DNA of 64,000 nucleotides from Octopus vulgaris (GCA_951406725.2 OX597822.1:29202001-29266000); one strand, 5' to 3'; numbered from the stretch's first letter, positions 28,078 to 41,463 are shown. Made by a program: numbers and translations. Notes: generated by a model not told the origin, from the letters alone.

Positions 28078-29284
28078 GTTTACCGTCCGCTTTCCATGCT
28101 AGCATGGGTTGGATGATTTGACTGAGGCCTGGCGAACCAGATGGCTGTAGCAGACTCCAATCTGATCTGGCAGAGTTTCTACAGCTGGATGCCCTTCCTA
28201 ACACCAACCACTCCGAGAGTGTAGTGGGTGCTTTTACGTGCTACTGGTACAAGGGCCAATCAGGCGGTACTGGGAACGGCCACACTCAAATGGTGCTTTT
28301 TATGTGCCACCTGCACAGGAGCCAATCTAGTGGCACTGACAACGACCTAGGCACTGGCGGAACATAAATTAGCATGAAACTTTAATATAAAAGTTTGATG
28401 ATAGGAGCACTTCATTGGTTACGACGATGAGGGTCCCAGCTGATATGATCAATGGAACAGCTTGCTCATGAAATTAATGTGCAAGTGACTGAGCACTGCA
28501 CAGACACGTGTACCCTTAACGTAGTTCTCAGGGAGACTCAGCATGACACAGTGTGATAAGGCTGGCCCTTTGAAATACAGGTACCGACTCATTTTTACCT
28601 GCTGAGTGGACTGGAGCAACGTGAAATAAAGTGTCTTCCTCAAGGATACAACACGTCACTGGGAATTGAACTCACAACCTTATGAGTGTGAGCTGAATAC
28701 CCTAACTACTAAGCCATGTACCTTCACAAAGTTTGACACAATTTACCTTAAAACAAGAAGTCTGTACTATAAAACCAAAGGGTGCCTTAAGTGGTTTAGT
28801 ATCAAAAGGGTTAAAGACTAGATCCACTTCAGTGTGCCTTGTCTATATTGTAGAAGTATTTCAATCAACTGATATCTCTTGTTTGTTTTTCAACACTTGG
28901 CTTTAACAGTTGGCTTTAAAGATAAGATACCCTCATAACTACATTTGTCATTATATTTTTTATCATTCACTTGTTTCAGTCATTGGACTGCAGCCATGCT
29001 GGAGCAACGCCTTGAAGGGTTTTTTTTTTCAGTCAAACAGATTGACCCTGGTACTCACTGTCTATTAAGTCTGGTGCTTATTCATTTGGTTGCTTTTGCT
29101 GAACTGCTAAGATGTGAGGACAGCTTGTTTCCGAACCACATGGTTCCAGGTTCAGTCCCACTGCATGGCACCTTGGACAAGTGTCTTCTACGATAACCTC
29201 AGGCCAACCAAAGCCTTGTGAGTGCAATTTGGTAGATGGAAACTGAAAGAAGCCCGTCATATATATATATATATACATACACAC

Positions 29285-29341
<57 letters not shown>

Positions 29342-29389
29342 TATACATATATATAATATATATATGATGATATATATACATATATACAC

Positions 29390-29436
<47 letters not shown>

Positions 29437-30715
29437 TATAATATATATGTTTGTGTGTGCATGTATGTGCTTTTGAGTGTGTTTGTCCCCGCCCTCACTG
29501 CTTGACAACCGATGTTGGTGTGTTTATGTTCCCATAACTTAGTGATTTGGCAAAAGAGACCGATAGAATAAGTACTAGATTTAAAAAAAAAATGTCTTGG
29601 TGTTGATTTGTTTGACTAAAAACTCTTCTAGGTGGTGTTCCAGCATGGCTGCAGTCATATGACTGAAACAAATAAAAGAGTAGAGAAGTAGAGAGGAAAC
29701 CAAGAATGGTTGTCAAGTGGTAGGGGTGTGTATAACAAACACAGACACAAGCTCCCCCTACCCCCTCACACATACAAACACTCCTTCACCCCTACCCTCC
29801 AAACACACAATGGGCTTCTACACAGTCTCTTTCTTCCAGATTCACTCACAAGGAATTGGTCGACCTGAGGTTATAGTAGAAGAAACTTGCCCAAGGTGTT
29901 GCACAGTGGGACTGAACCCAAAGCCGTATGGTTGCAAAGTCAGCTTCTTAAGCGCAGTGCCTAAATAGCTATTATGTTCCAAAAATTTGAATTAGCTGAT
30001 GTTATTGAGCTATCTCCCTTTCTTGTCTTTAAGATTTTTTTTTTGGCACTTGTAGAGGGAGATTTGGAAAATCTCAGCTGAGTAATGTTTCTCAGTTTAC
30101 AAGGCTAAGAAACCTGCTTCCCAGCCTTGAGGTTGTGAGTTCAGTTCCACTATGTGGCACATGGGTAAGCTTTGTGAGTTGATTTGGTTGATAGAAGCTT
30201 GAAGTTTTGTGTGTGTGTGTGTGTGCGTGTGTGTGTGTGTGTGTGCGTGCGCGTGCACGCACATGTGTGTGTGTGTGTGTGTGTATTTCTGTGTGTGTTT
30301 GTATTTGTGTGTGTGTGTGTGTGTTTACTCTTGTCTTCACGTTATGATGTTTATTTCCATATATATCAGGCTAGATGGAAATATCACCTTGCTTAGAAAC
30401 ATGTGTGGGTTAGCAACAGGAAGGGCATCTGGTTGCAGACATTTTGCTTCAATAAATTCTGTCTGACTCAGACAAACATGGACAAGTGGACATTAAAGGA
30501 TGAGGATGATGATGATGATGATCCTTCTGTATTTGAAATTATAGTTTCATATCAATAGAATGCAGATACTACAAGAAATGGTAAACCAATTAACTATATG
30601 TCTGTGCAATATTTAGTTTCATACATCTAAATTCTAAGCTTAAATCTGTCTGAAGTGAAATTTAATTTTGATGATACAAAAGTTTTAAAAATATTTTTCG
30701 TAATATTTCACTCAT

Positions 30716-31034
30716 CATGGGTGTTATGTCTATCTGTCTGTCTGTTCCCTCTTCATGGTCAAATGGCTGGACCAATGGTCAAGATGTTTCTTGGAATTAT
30801 GAAGGAGGTAATCTGGAAGGTTTTTAGCAAAAAAAAAAAGCTGAAAAAGTATGAATTTTTTGTGGATATTGAGTCTTGTATAAATAAATCACCTTTGATT
30901 TTTTATGTTCAAATTCCAGCGATGAGCATTAACTCTGGATTTCTCCTCCCCAACCAATGTAGTTCATGAATTTAGAGGGTTTAGATTTGCAATACTATCC
31001 CTTTATTTCCCATCGTAGATGGGCAGATTTGCTA
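30716..31034 (+). mobile_element. Non-autonomous Helitron-like element
   Basis: 5' part shared with the adjacent Helitron; 3' hairpin cccatc-gta-gatggg (31009-31023) followed by …gcta. Confidence 0.6.
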
Positions 31035-31905
31035 TCTTACTATAATGGGTGTTATGTCCATCTGTCTGTCTGTCCATCTCTTTGTCTGTTCCCTCTTCAC
31101 AGCCAGATGGCCTGACCAATGGTTATGATATTTTTCAGAATCACAAAGCTGGTCGTCAGGAAGGTTTTTAGCATTAAAAATTCAGAAAGTATGATTATTT
31201 TGTGGATATTGATTTTTGAATTGATAAACCACCTTCACACTTTTAATAAAAATTCACCGTGGCCCCATTATAGATACGAAGAGGGTCACGAGGACAATTA
31301 ATAGTGAAAATAAAATGGAAAAAGTGTGTATCAGTATATAGTGTGTGTGATTATTTAGTGGTTATTGAAGTGTGTCAGTCTTGAGCAGGATTCGAATCAG
31401 CTAATTGAAGCAGCTGTTGTTAACATCTCAGCTTTGTCAATCAAAATAACCCATGGTACCAAAACATCCAGACATTATTCGCATAGAACAGTGAGAAGTA
31501 AGTCTTAGTTTGATTTTTTGCAACCTAAAGATTCTGTTTGCTCATTCACAGCAAACAAGGCACAGGACCAGACTTTAGATTGTGTAGGTATATTTTTACC
31601 CACTCTGATGTTTACACACGGCAAGTTATACACTGCTATGAGTAGAGCAACAGACTCCAGTAATTTGAAAATTAGTGTCAACCAAACAATAAAATATTGT
31701 CTACAAACAAGTTTTGTAATAATATTGATATTATCGAAAAGAATATAATTCATAATTTAAATAAGGAAATTTGTGAACTTTGAATGTATAAGAATATAAA
31801 CGAGTGTAAAATAGTGTAAACAACTAAAATTATAGTATATCTAAGTAACATTTTTTCTTAATACTTTTTATGTAGTGGTCGAAGGAAACCCTGGCTTTTG
31901 TTAGG
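31035..31905 (+). mobile_element. Internally deleted Helitron with PIF1-type helicase remnant
   Basis: Starts TC; ORF 31518..31748 FTANKAQDQTLDCVGIFLPTLMFTHGKLYTAMSRA matches helicase motifs V-VI (TINKSQGQTL…FSHGQLYVALSR). Confidence 0.82.
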
Positions 31906-31961
31906 AGTGGTCCACATAACCATTCATGATACAGAGGCTTTCAGTTCAGGAGTGAAATATG

Positions 31962-32003
<42 letters not shown>

Positions 32004-32755
32004 TATATGTATGTATGTATGTATGTATGTATTTATTTACACATACACACATGAAAATACATACAGAAAAGAGTGAATTCGGTGCAAAGCATCCAAAGGC
32101 CAAGGTTATCCTGAAACTAAACAGCAACTAGTATTTATATTTATCAACGTCAGAAAGATGTCGCACACAGTCAATGTCAAAGGAATTTGAAATCATAATC
32201 TGAAAGGATGGAACTAAATACACACACTCATATACATACTTACATACACAGGTACACACACACACGCGCTCATATATACATACTTACATACACAGGCACA
32301 AACACACACACATACATACATACATGCATACATATATATGCAGTTTATATAGACTTTGTAATCCAGATTAAGAGACATTAATTGATAGCTTCAACTAAGT
32401 GAATCAAGGATTTTTTTTTCACAAAAAAAGATTATTTATTGAGGATTAAGCACTATATACATCGTAATTGTTGACTTCGTTTTAATTAATGATCAAAGCC
32501 TTTGTTACTGAATTGTGTACTTTTAATTTATGTGTGTTTATGAGGTAATTTAAGCATAATATGCAGTCCATTGACTGTAAAAGATGTAAGGAAAAGAAGA
32601 GAAAAGGGATGCAAATGAGACAAGACATTTCTGCAAAAGTGTAGAAAATTCATCATCATCGTCATTGTTTAATGTCCATCTTCAATGCATACATAGGTAG
32701 GACAGTTAACAGGAGTCGGCCAGGTATAAAAATTACCCTAGGCTGCTGTGTCTGT

Positions 32756-33052
32756 CAGTGCTGGATTAACCATTAAGTAAAATAAAAATGTGCTTAGGGC
32801 ATCAAGGGACGGGGAGGTACCATAGAAATGAAAATGGTTTACAGCAGGATAGAAATCACTTTAAACTTGCTAAAATAATATTCACAATGAGTAGGAGTGG
32901 CTGTGTGGTAAGTAGCTTGCTTACGAACCACATGGTTCCAAGTTCAGTCCCACTGAGTGGCACCTTGGGCAAGTGTCTTCCACTAAAGCCTCGGGTCGAC
33001 CAAAGCCTTGTGAGTGGATTTGGTAGAAAGAAGCCCGTCGTATATATGTGTG

Positions 33053-33083
<31 letters not shown>

Positions 33084-33638
33084 GCATGTATGTGTGTGTA
33101 TATATGTTTGTGTGTCTGTGTTTGCACCCCCCCCCCAACATCGCTTGACAACTGATGCTGGTTTGTAACCACTAAGTTATGTCCCCCGTAACTTAGTGGT
33201 TCAGCAAAAGAGACCAATAAAATAAGTACTAGGCTTACAAAAAATAAGTCCTGGGGGCAATTTGCTTGACTAAAGGCAGTGCTCCAGCATGGCCGCAGTC
33301 ACATGACTGAAACAAGTAAAAGAGTAAAAGAGTAATGCCTTATCTCTGCTAAGTATAGAAGCAGAAGTTTTATGTAAAATTAATTTTAATGACATCATCG
33401 AAGACTTTGCAATAATAAAAAAGAAAAAAAGTGAAGAAAACTTTTCAAATATAAATAAAGTGGAAGCATACAAAAATAAACACTATTTTCCATCTTACTG
33501 TGAATTTTGTTTTGTTTTGAAAAATAAAGATATACTTTATGGTTTATTATTGTTTACATTTTGAAACATTTACATATACTTGAAGGTACCAAAACCTTCT
33601 AAGTGCTTAGTGATTCTATGAGTTTTAATCCAGCCTTG
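32756..33638 (+). mobile_element. Deleted hAT element with transposase C-terminal remnant; SINE A nested at about 32890-33332
   Basis: TIRs cagtgctggattaa / ttaatccagccttg; perfect 8-bp TSD gtgtctgt; about 33336-33425 translates ALSLLSIEAEVLCKINFNDIIEDFAIIKKK, like the hATC dimerisation-domain end. Confidence 0.88.
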
Positions 33639-33662
33639 GTGTCTGTTTTGGGAAGGAGTTGT

Positions 33663-34102
33663 TGTGATGCTATCTTGGAAATCTCCAGCACGCATGTGCA
33701 GAGTTGGATTCTTCCGGGAGGCCTGCTGGAAGTTCCCTCATGCGCATGCACGCAGCAGTGAAATTCCCTCGTATCGTTCTCTTGAACACCGGCAGCTAAA
33801 CAAGACTGTCGTGTTTTATCAGCTCTCTCAAGCTAATACATCGTGGCATATCTCCGCTATGCTTGAACGGACAGGATTTGGCTCACTCCACTTGACTACT
33901 GCGATAAGCTCCTAGGCTGCCGATTCACCCAGAAAGAAGAATGTATATATTGCGAATCAAGAAATAAATATTTATACTGTTGAAGTTAATCAGAAGTCTT
34001 GACTCTTTCCTTCGATTAATATTTTTAATGTAAAGGATGCGAGCTGCACCAATCCAGTGCTGGGACCTCTCATCCTGTTACAATTGGTGACCCTGACGTG
34101 AT
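33663..34102 (+). mobile_element. Single LTR (~420 bp) plus tRNA-Trp primer-binding site, probably Gypsy-type
   Basis: TGT…ACA ends (33663-34082), AATAAA near 33963, then tggtgaccctgacgtgat (34085-34102), 17/18 complementary to the eukaryotic tRNA-Trp 3' end. Confidence 0.85.
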
Positions 34103-35754
34103 CCTTCCTAACACCAACCACTCTGCAGAGTGGACTCAGTGCTTTTTATATGGCGCTAGCACAGGTGAGGTTAGTGTTTGCATGATTTTTACAGCTGGAT
34201 GCCCTTCCAAACGCCAACCATGTTACAGTGTGGACTGGATACTTTTAGCATGACACCAGCACTGGCAGGTTAACCAAATAACTTGCAACACAAGGAATTA
34301 TGAGAGAGGCAGGGGCATTTGAGGAGGGGAACTTATGTCAGAGGATGAAAGGTATGTGTGTGTGTGTATGGATCAAAACAGTTTGATTCAAATTCATTGG
34401 AACTCAAGAGTACCAACGAATTTGAATTTAGCATTGTAATATCAAAGTATGTAAAAAGATAAAATAGACAGCTTCTGACAAGGTATAAAGTTTTATAAAA
34501 TCTCTATGCTTCAAGTCAAATTCCCATTGAATGTGGACTGTCTCCTGTCCCTTTAACGAATATAGCTCCAAAGTTGAGGACAGCCTATAGCTGAGTGTAA
34601 GGACTTTTCATACCAAGTTTGAACATGATTCATTTACTAATTTTTGAGTGCATTGGTAACAAACGGATAAATACCCTTTCCATCATCATCATGATCATCG
34701 TTTAATGTCCGCTTTCCATGCTGGCATGGGTTGGATGGTTTGACTGAGGATTTGTGAGCAAGAGGCTGCACCAGACTCAATCTGATCTGGCAAAGTTTCT
34801 ACAGCTGGATGCCCTTCCTAATGCCAACTACTCTGAGAGTGTAGTGGGTGCTTTTACGTGACACTGGCATGAGGGCCAGCCAGGTAGGATATATAAATAT
34901 ATACATATATGTAAGTATGTATCTGTAATATGATATATAGTCATAGAGCACATGATGATCAAATGCGTGTAATTCACTCAAACCACATAGAATGTGAGGA
35001 AATATTAAAATTCTTCAAGAATTGTCACAAATGTTGAAATTTGCAGACTGGTTTAACCCAACATTAATTCAATCAAAAAAGACAAATACAGGGGAATGTT
35101 TGATAAAAAAATAATCAATTTTTTAAAAAAGGGATAAAAATAATTGTTTAATTGCTGATGTCTTATTTTATTTTTGTAATTGACTATTTCTGTTTTTTGT
35201 CGATTTTTTTTTTTTTTTGTCTCAATCCTTTTTCAATGGAATAATTAGTAATATGCTGTATATAATCTTATTAGGGAAGGACCTCACTGGGGATTATCCC
35301 TACTGAACCACTTATTGAGGATTATGTGTTATAGCATATGTAGTTTAGATTAACTCCCCTTAATCCCATTTGCTATTTTCATTGTTGTTGAGATTGTTGA
35401 GAGGTCTTAATACATTACAGCATTTAACTTTGTCATTATTGGCTCAAAGTTCAAGGTTCAAAGTTCAAAATTTTTCTGAGGTCAACATAGCCTTTTATCC
35501 TTTTGTTGTCTGATGAAATCAATGCTGGCAATGAATTCAAACAATAACTAAACCCTTTTTGTAACGCGGAATTGTTTTTGTATTTGATAACTGGAAAATA
35601 AATAAATAAAATAGAAGAATTTTTATTATAATCATCATAAGCATCATCTCCGTTGTTGTTATGATGACTTAAACACTCCAACATCGGTTGTCAAGTGGCG
35701 GTGAGGAACAAATACATACACAAAGGCACACACACAAATATATGCATACACATG

Positions 35755-35790
<36 letters not shown>

Positions 35791-35850
35791 CACACACATT
35801 CACATATATGGATACACACGCATGCGTACACATACTTACATACATACATA

Positions 35851-36285
35851 CTTATGCTGAACTATTGAGGAATTTCCAGTTACTCTATCCAGATTACAAA
35901 TTCAGGTTTATACCTGTAATTATTGGGGCACTAGGATTAGTAACACACCGTCTAAATACCAGTCTTGAGAAATTAGGCTTCTCAAAATCCGAAAGGAGAA
36001 AGCTGATTTGAAGACTACAGATCCAAACTATCACTTGAACTGTAAAAATCTGTAAAACTTTCCAGAAGTTTTATCATTTAAGTATATATGAATATGTCTA
36101 GATATGCAACTATATGCATGAGAATACATACATAAAACAAAACATACAAATCTGCTCATATACATACATACTAAAATACCCTTCTGATGTTGTCGAAATT
36201 CTAATGAAGAAGCCTTGGGTCTAGGTTAGAAACTGGCTCCTTCTCTTTTGATAAGAAATCTTGAAATAAAACTGAATAATGACAT
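35851..36285 (+). mobile_element. 5'-truncated restriction-like-endonuclease LINE (R4/Dong-like): C-terminus and 3' UTR
   Basis: YAELLRNFQLLYPDYKFRFIPVIIGALG resembles the post-RLE 'PvviGalG' segment; sits in the (CATA)n tract of a minus-strand SINE A. Confidence 0.7.
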
Positions 36286-37064
36286 ACATATACAATAGGC
36301 TTCTTTCAGCTTCCACCTACCAAATCCACTCATAAGGCTTTGGTTGCCATGCAATGGGACTGAACCTGGAACCATGCAGTTGGAAAAAAAGCTTCTTACC
36401 ATACAGCCATGCATGTGACTGTTATCATTATTCAGAAATTAACTTATTTATTACTTTGCAAGTCAACAGGTGAGGCTTGGCTACAGGAAGGGCATCTGGC
36501 CATAAAAAATCTGCCTCAACAAATTGCATCCGACCCATGTGAGCATGGAAAGTGGATGTTAAAGTGACGATGATGATGATGATGATGATGGAGGTTAGAA
36601 ACATATTGTCTTCTTAAGAGCGTATTCCAATCAAACTTTCTCTTTTTCTCTACAACACAACAAGGGCCACTTTGGAGAGAGAGAGAGCTAGGCACATGGA
36701 TTTCAATATCCTTTCCTACCAGCAACTCACTATGGTATTCTCTGCTTAGTGCCTGCCTGAAAGTAAATTTTGCAGTATGAATTCCTTCTGTTTTCTCATT
36801 GTCATCATGGAACTTGACAAGATGTTCAGAACCTTTTTCTTCATCCCAGATAACTTTATTGAACATTGTGTGCTCACAGTATGAGTTCGTTTGTTATACA
36901 TCTGAATAAAACCTTGGACACAAAGTTTTTCACACAAGTACATGAGTGTTGCTGTCACTTACTGCACCAGAGGCATTTCACAGCCATTGGATTAATGATT
37001 CAATTATTAAAGTGTTGACATTTTCATTAGCGACATCTCTCACTAAAGTGGTGACCCTGACGTG

Positions 37065-37095
<31 letters not shown>

Positions 37096-37291
37096 GTTGA
37101 TCTTAACTGTAGACTTCTCAGTATTTGGCCGTGATATGTCTCCAGAATCTACCCAAATAACCAAATTGTTCAAAAGTTCTATTTCTGTAGGCCTGGGTAG
37201 GTATGAGAGACATTTAAAATTTTATAATTCTCTTTTTCTGCAAGTTTCCTTGGCAAGGCCATTGCATTTTGAAACACAAATTCAGTTTTTT

Positions 37292-37385
<94 letters not shown>

Positions 37386-37497
37386 CACACTAGGACACTG
37401 GGACACACTAGGAAAAAATTTCTTCCAAAAAGGTTAGTAACATCCTGATAAAAGATTTTATAACTTTAAAAAAAAAAAGATCCCCTTTATACTTAAA

Positions 37498-37983
37498 AAC
37501 TGTATTAAGTAATTTTCAGAAAGACTTTCAAATATATATATATATATATATATATAGTTAATCCAAACATGAAAGATGAAAGCACAAAGAGAAAACACAA
37601 CAATGCGAGGACGTGGAACAAGTATAGTGTTATTGGCCACTCAGGAAAGGAAAGAAAGAAGGAAGATTTAACGTTTTGAGTGGAGCTCTTCATCAGAAAC
37701 ATAGAAAAAGGTAAGGTCCAAGGAAGGGAAGACGGAGAAAGAAAATTGCCAATGATACACACACAGTCACATATTTTTCTATGTTTCTGATGAAGAGCTC
37801 CACTCAAAACGTTAAATCCTCCTTCTTTCTTTCCTTTCCTGAGTGGCCAATAACACTATACTTGTTCCACGTCCTCGCATTGTTGTGTTTTCTCTTTGTG
37901 CTTTCATCTTTCATGTTTGGATTAACTATATATATATATATATATATATTTGAAAGTCTTTCTGAAAATTACTTAATACAGTT
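37498..37983. repeat. Long inverted repeat (arms ~212/210 bp, 64-bp spacer) built on a Penelope-like hammerhead element
   Basis: 37498-37709 is the reverse complement of 37774-37983 apart from one substitution and one TA unit. Confidence 0.92.
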
Positions 37984-38144
37984 ATATGATATAGATATAT
38001 ATATGTATACTTTGCTCCAATGAAGCTATAAGGTGTTACTCAGGCACTCTCACCTATGGTTCCACTGTGTCTTATAGCAGAAACAGCTGTAAGCCAAAGA
38101 AGTTCATATGATGATTGTTTATTCTTTTATCATCTCATTTTCTT

Positions 38145-38180
<36 letters not shown>

Positions 38181-38787
38181 TAAGAAAGAAATGTTTAAAT
38201 CTACATCAATATATAAAATATATGGTATGGGTATGCCTATTCTTAATTGAAACTATATTGCTCACTTCCACAGGAAGTGAAGTCAAATTTTTCTTTATTC
38301 TTTCCATTTTTAGAACTATTCTTCCCGCTTGCTTCTCTCTTCCTTTCCCTTTCTTTCATTGTCTACATTTACAAAACTCTGGACATTCTGGCTACCATTC
38401 TCAACAACTGGTGACATTCAGGCAGTTAGATTCGCAGACTCAGAGCATCAGAGAAAAAAAAAAAGCCTTGCAGCATTTAACCTTTTTGACATCAACCTGC
38501 CTCAGACCATTTTTTGGTTCCATGATAAATATTTCTTGTTTGTAAGGAGATTTAATTAAGAAAACTTATCTCAAAATTTCATGTTAATTCATGGTCTAAA
38601 CATCAACTTAACAATCCTGTCTACAATAGGCACAGGGACTGAAATTTAAAGGGTGGGGGTTAGTCGATTACCTCAACCCAGTACTTGACTGGTATTTAAT
38701 TTATCAACCCTGGAAAGATGAAAGGCAACGTTGACCTCAGTGAAATTTGAACTCAGAACGTAGGGGCAGATGAAATACTGCTAAGCA

Positions 38788-39080
38788 ACCAAAATGCAAA
38801 TATATGGGAAACTACCACCTGTGTCATCTCTTGTGAAAGGTAGGAGAGCCCAGTTTGCTGGACATTGTTGTAGAGCTGAAAAAGAAGTAATTTCTACTCT
38901 TCTCCTCTGGAAGCCATCTACTCGCAATACCAGAGGGCGCACACTCTCCTACCCTGATGTAATCTCCAGGGATACAGGCATCCAGCAACAGGACCTCCGT
39001 AATGCCATGATGGACCGTGAAGTCTGGCGTAGCATGGTAAATTCCATTGTCTCGACCACGGTTGAACAATGATGATGATG
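38788..39080 (+). mobile_element. RTE-type LINE 3' end with (TGA)n tail, inserted in a SINE B
   Basis: ORF 38794..39072: RRAQFAGHCCR…LLLWKP…RGR…AMMDREVWR; stop runs directly into tgatgatgatga. Confidence 0.85.
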
Positions 39081-40284
39081 AATGATTCTACCAGCTTGCT
39101 GCCTTTAAACACCAACTTAATAATGACAGTTACTTTTCTAAAATGAATTATTATTTTCAAAATTAATTAAAACAAAGGCAGTGTATATTGTTTTGTCTTT
39201 TATCTCTTACTTATTTCAGTGGCCATGCTGGGGCACTGCTTTGAACAAATCTACTCCAGTATATATTTCTAAGTCTGGTTCTAAGTCATTTAGGCAGAAT
39301 TGCTTGTATGCTGGCCAAAATGCTAAGCAGATTTTCATCCATCTTCATGTTCTCGATTCAAATTCTGCCCAAGTTGACTTTGCCTTTCATTCTTTTGAGG
39401 TCGATAAAATAAGTACCAGTTGAGTACTAGGGTTAATGTAATTGACTTACCCCCGCCCCCTTAAATTGCTGGCCTTGTGCCAAAATTTGAAATCATCATC
39501 ATCATCATCGTTGTCGTCATTATTATTATTATTATTATTCTATGCTTGACTTTTGCTTTACATTTGCACAAGCTGGCTCCAAGTCTCACCCAGAGACCTC
39601 AAGAGACAACAAGTTGGAAGTTCATGTAGGGTGCCATATATTTGGTTTTGTACTTAGTGTTGTACTAGTGAATGCCTAAAAAACCATACGAAAATTATGT
39701 TTGTTTTAAAACTTGAGATTACAAAGAAAGTATTTTGCGTATATTATTATTATTATTATTATCATTATTATTATTATCATCATCTTTATGGTATTCTGGG
39801 AGAATCATTAGGTTTTGCCTCCAGAGTACCAACTTAATAATGAAAAAAATTAGCTACTTCTCTAAATTCTTCTCCAAGTTCTTGATTATCTTTAGAATTA
39901 ATTGAAATACATTTGGTATGCATTTCCTAAGAAAAATGGTGACCAACGAGTTAACTGACCTGTGCCCATTGTATATGACCTATTAATTATAACTTACAGT
40001 ATGTTTTCTTCCTGATAAGACTATTGTTTAAGTTCAGAGAGGTCTTAGAAATTATACATTATTAACATTACTGTCTCAGCAGCTGATATCTCGAATCTTG
40101 AAATGATTCTTCTGTTTCCTGTTATTTACTTGTATTTCTTCTACAAAACAAAGGGGAGTGCCTCCCTTTTCATTGTCCGCATTAAATCTTGGTCATCAGA
40201 CATGAATTCTCTAAATGTAAGAAATACGTTTTTTTTTTTGCTTAGTGTTTCTTGTATAAAAAAAAGTATCTCTGTTTATTTTAG

Positions 40285-40506
40285 CCCATTAGTGCCCCAT
40301 TTTTTTTACCTAATTTATTGCCAAATATATTTTTCTTATACAACTTTATCTGATACCAAATATGAAAAAAAATTTTTATTACAATATTTGAAAGACATTC
40401 CCAGTCTTGAAGATTAACTAAAGACATCTCAGAAAAATACAGGTGTTGCATAAATATGATGGATTATCCTTCTGATCCTAAAAAAAGGACCATGGGTGCT
40501 AATGGG
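40285..40506. mobile_element. Second piggyBac-like MITE family
   Basis: ttag-cccattagtgccc … gggtgctaatggg-ttaa. Confidence 0.65.
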
Positions 40507-40511
40507 TTAAT

Positions 40512-40821
40512 CAGTGTTTTTCAACCATTTTTTTTACCTATGGGCCCCTTTGATTTCTATTTTACTCAGAAGGATCCTCATAACCATTCAATGTTTAAAA
40601 AATTCTATTATATTTTTTATAATTAATTATTATCAAGAATTGTATTAAAAAATCCTGTTATATTTTTCATTACTAAATATTATTAGAAATTGTATAAAAT
40701 TGGTCTTAAAATCTTTTATGTATTGTAGAAGTATAACCGGTTTATTACACATAAATTTTGACAACAAAATCATACACGGACCCCACCCCAGGGTCATATG
40801 GACCCCTGTTGAGTACCACTG
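40512..40821. mobile_element. hAT (Charlie-like) MITE, same family as 3358-3637
   Basis: cagtgtttttcaacc … gttgagtaccactg; shared internal sequence. Confidence 0.8.
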
Positions 40822-41424
40822 ATTTAAATGAAAGTAATCAGACTGTTGGGCTTATGATCATAATATCATGAGTTCAATTCCTAGACTGGACAGCACACTG
40901 TATTCTTGAGCCTCATTTCATATTAGTCTAGTCTACCCAGATGAAAATGGGTACCAGCTGGGTACTGGTACTCAGTTGAAAATGCTGGTGTTACCCTCCA
41001 GCTGTCATGCTCTTGATGTCCCAATGCATCGAGGGTGAGAGGACCATAAGTGTGCTCATGTCTGCTTGCAAATATACAATTACCTAAAACCATTAACAAG
41101 AGCATGGTACATGCTGCCAAGTTATACTCGCTAGTGAGTGATGGCTTTGGCCATAATGATTGTTTTGTTTTTTGTTGTTTTTGGCTGTATGATTAGGAAG
41201 CTTGCTTTGCAACATGCGGTTTTGGGTTCAGTCCCACTGCATGGCATCTTGGGCAAGTGTCTTCTATTATAGCTCCAGGTCAACCAGTGTCTTGCAAATG
41301 AGTTTGGTAGACAGAAACCATATGGAAGCGCTCATCATGCATGCATACATACACACATATATATGTGTACATGTGTGTATGTGTACATGTATATATATAT
41401 AAGAGAACAAAGTGTACATGCACC

Positions 41425-41463
<39 letters not shown>

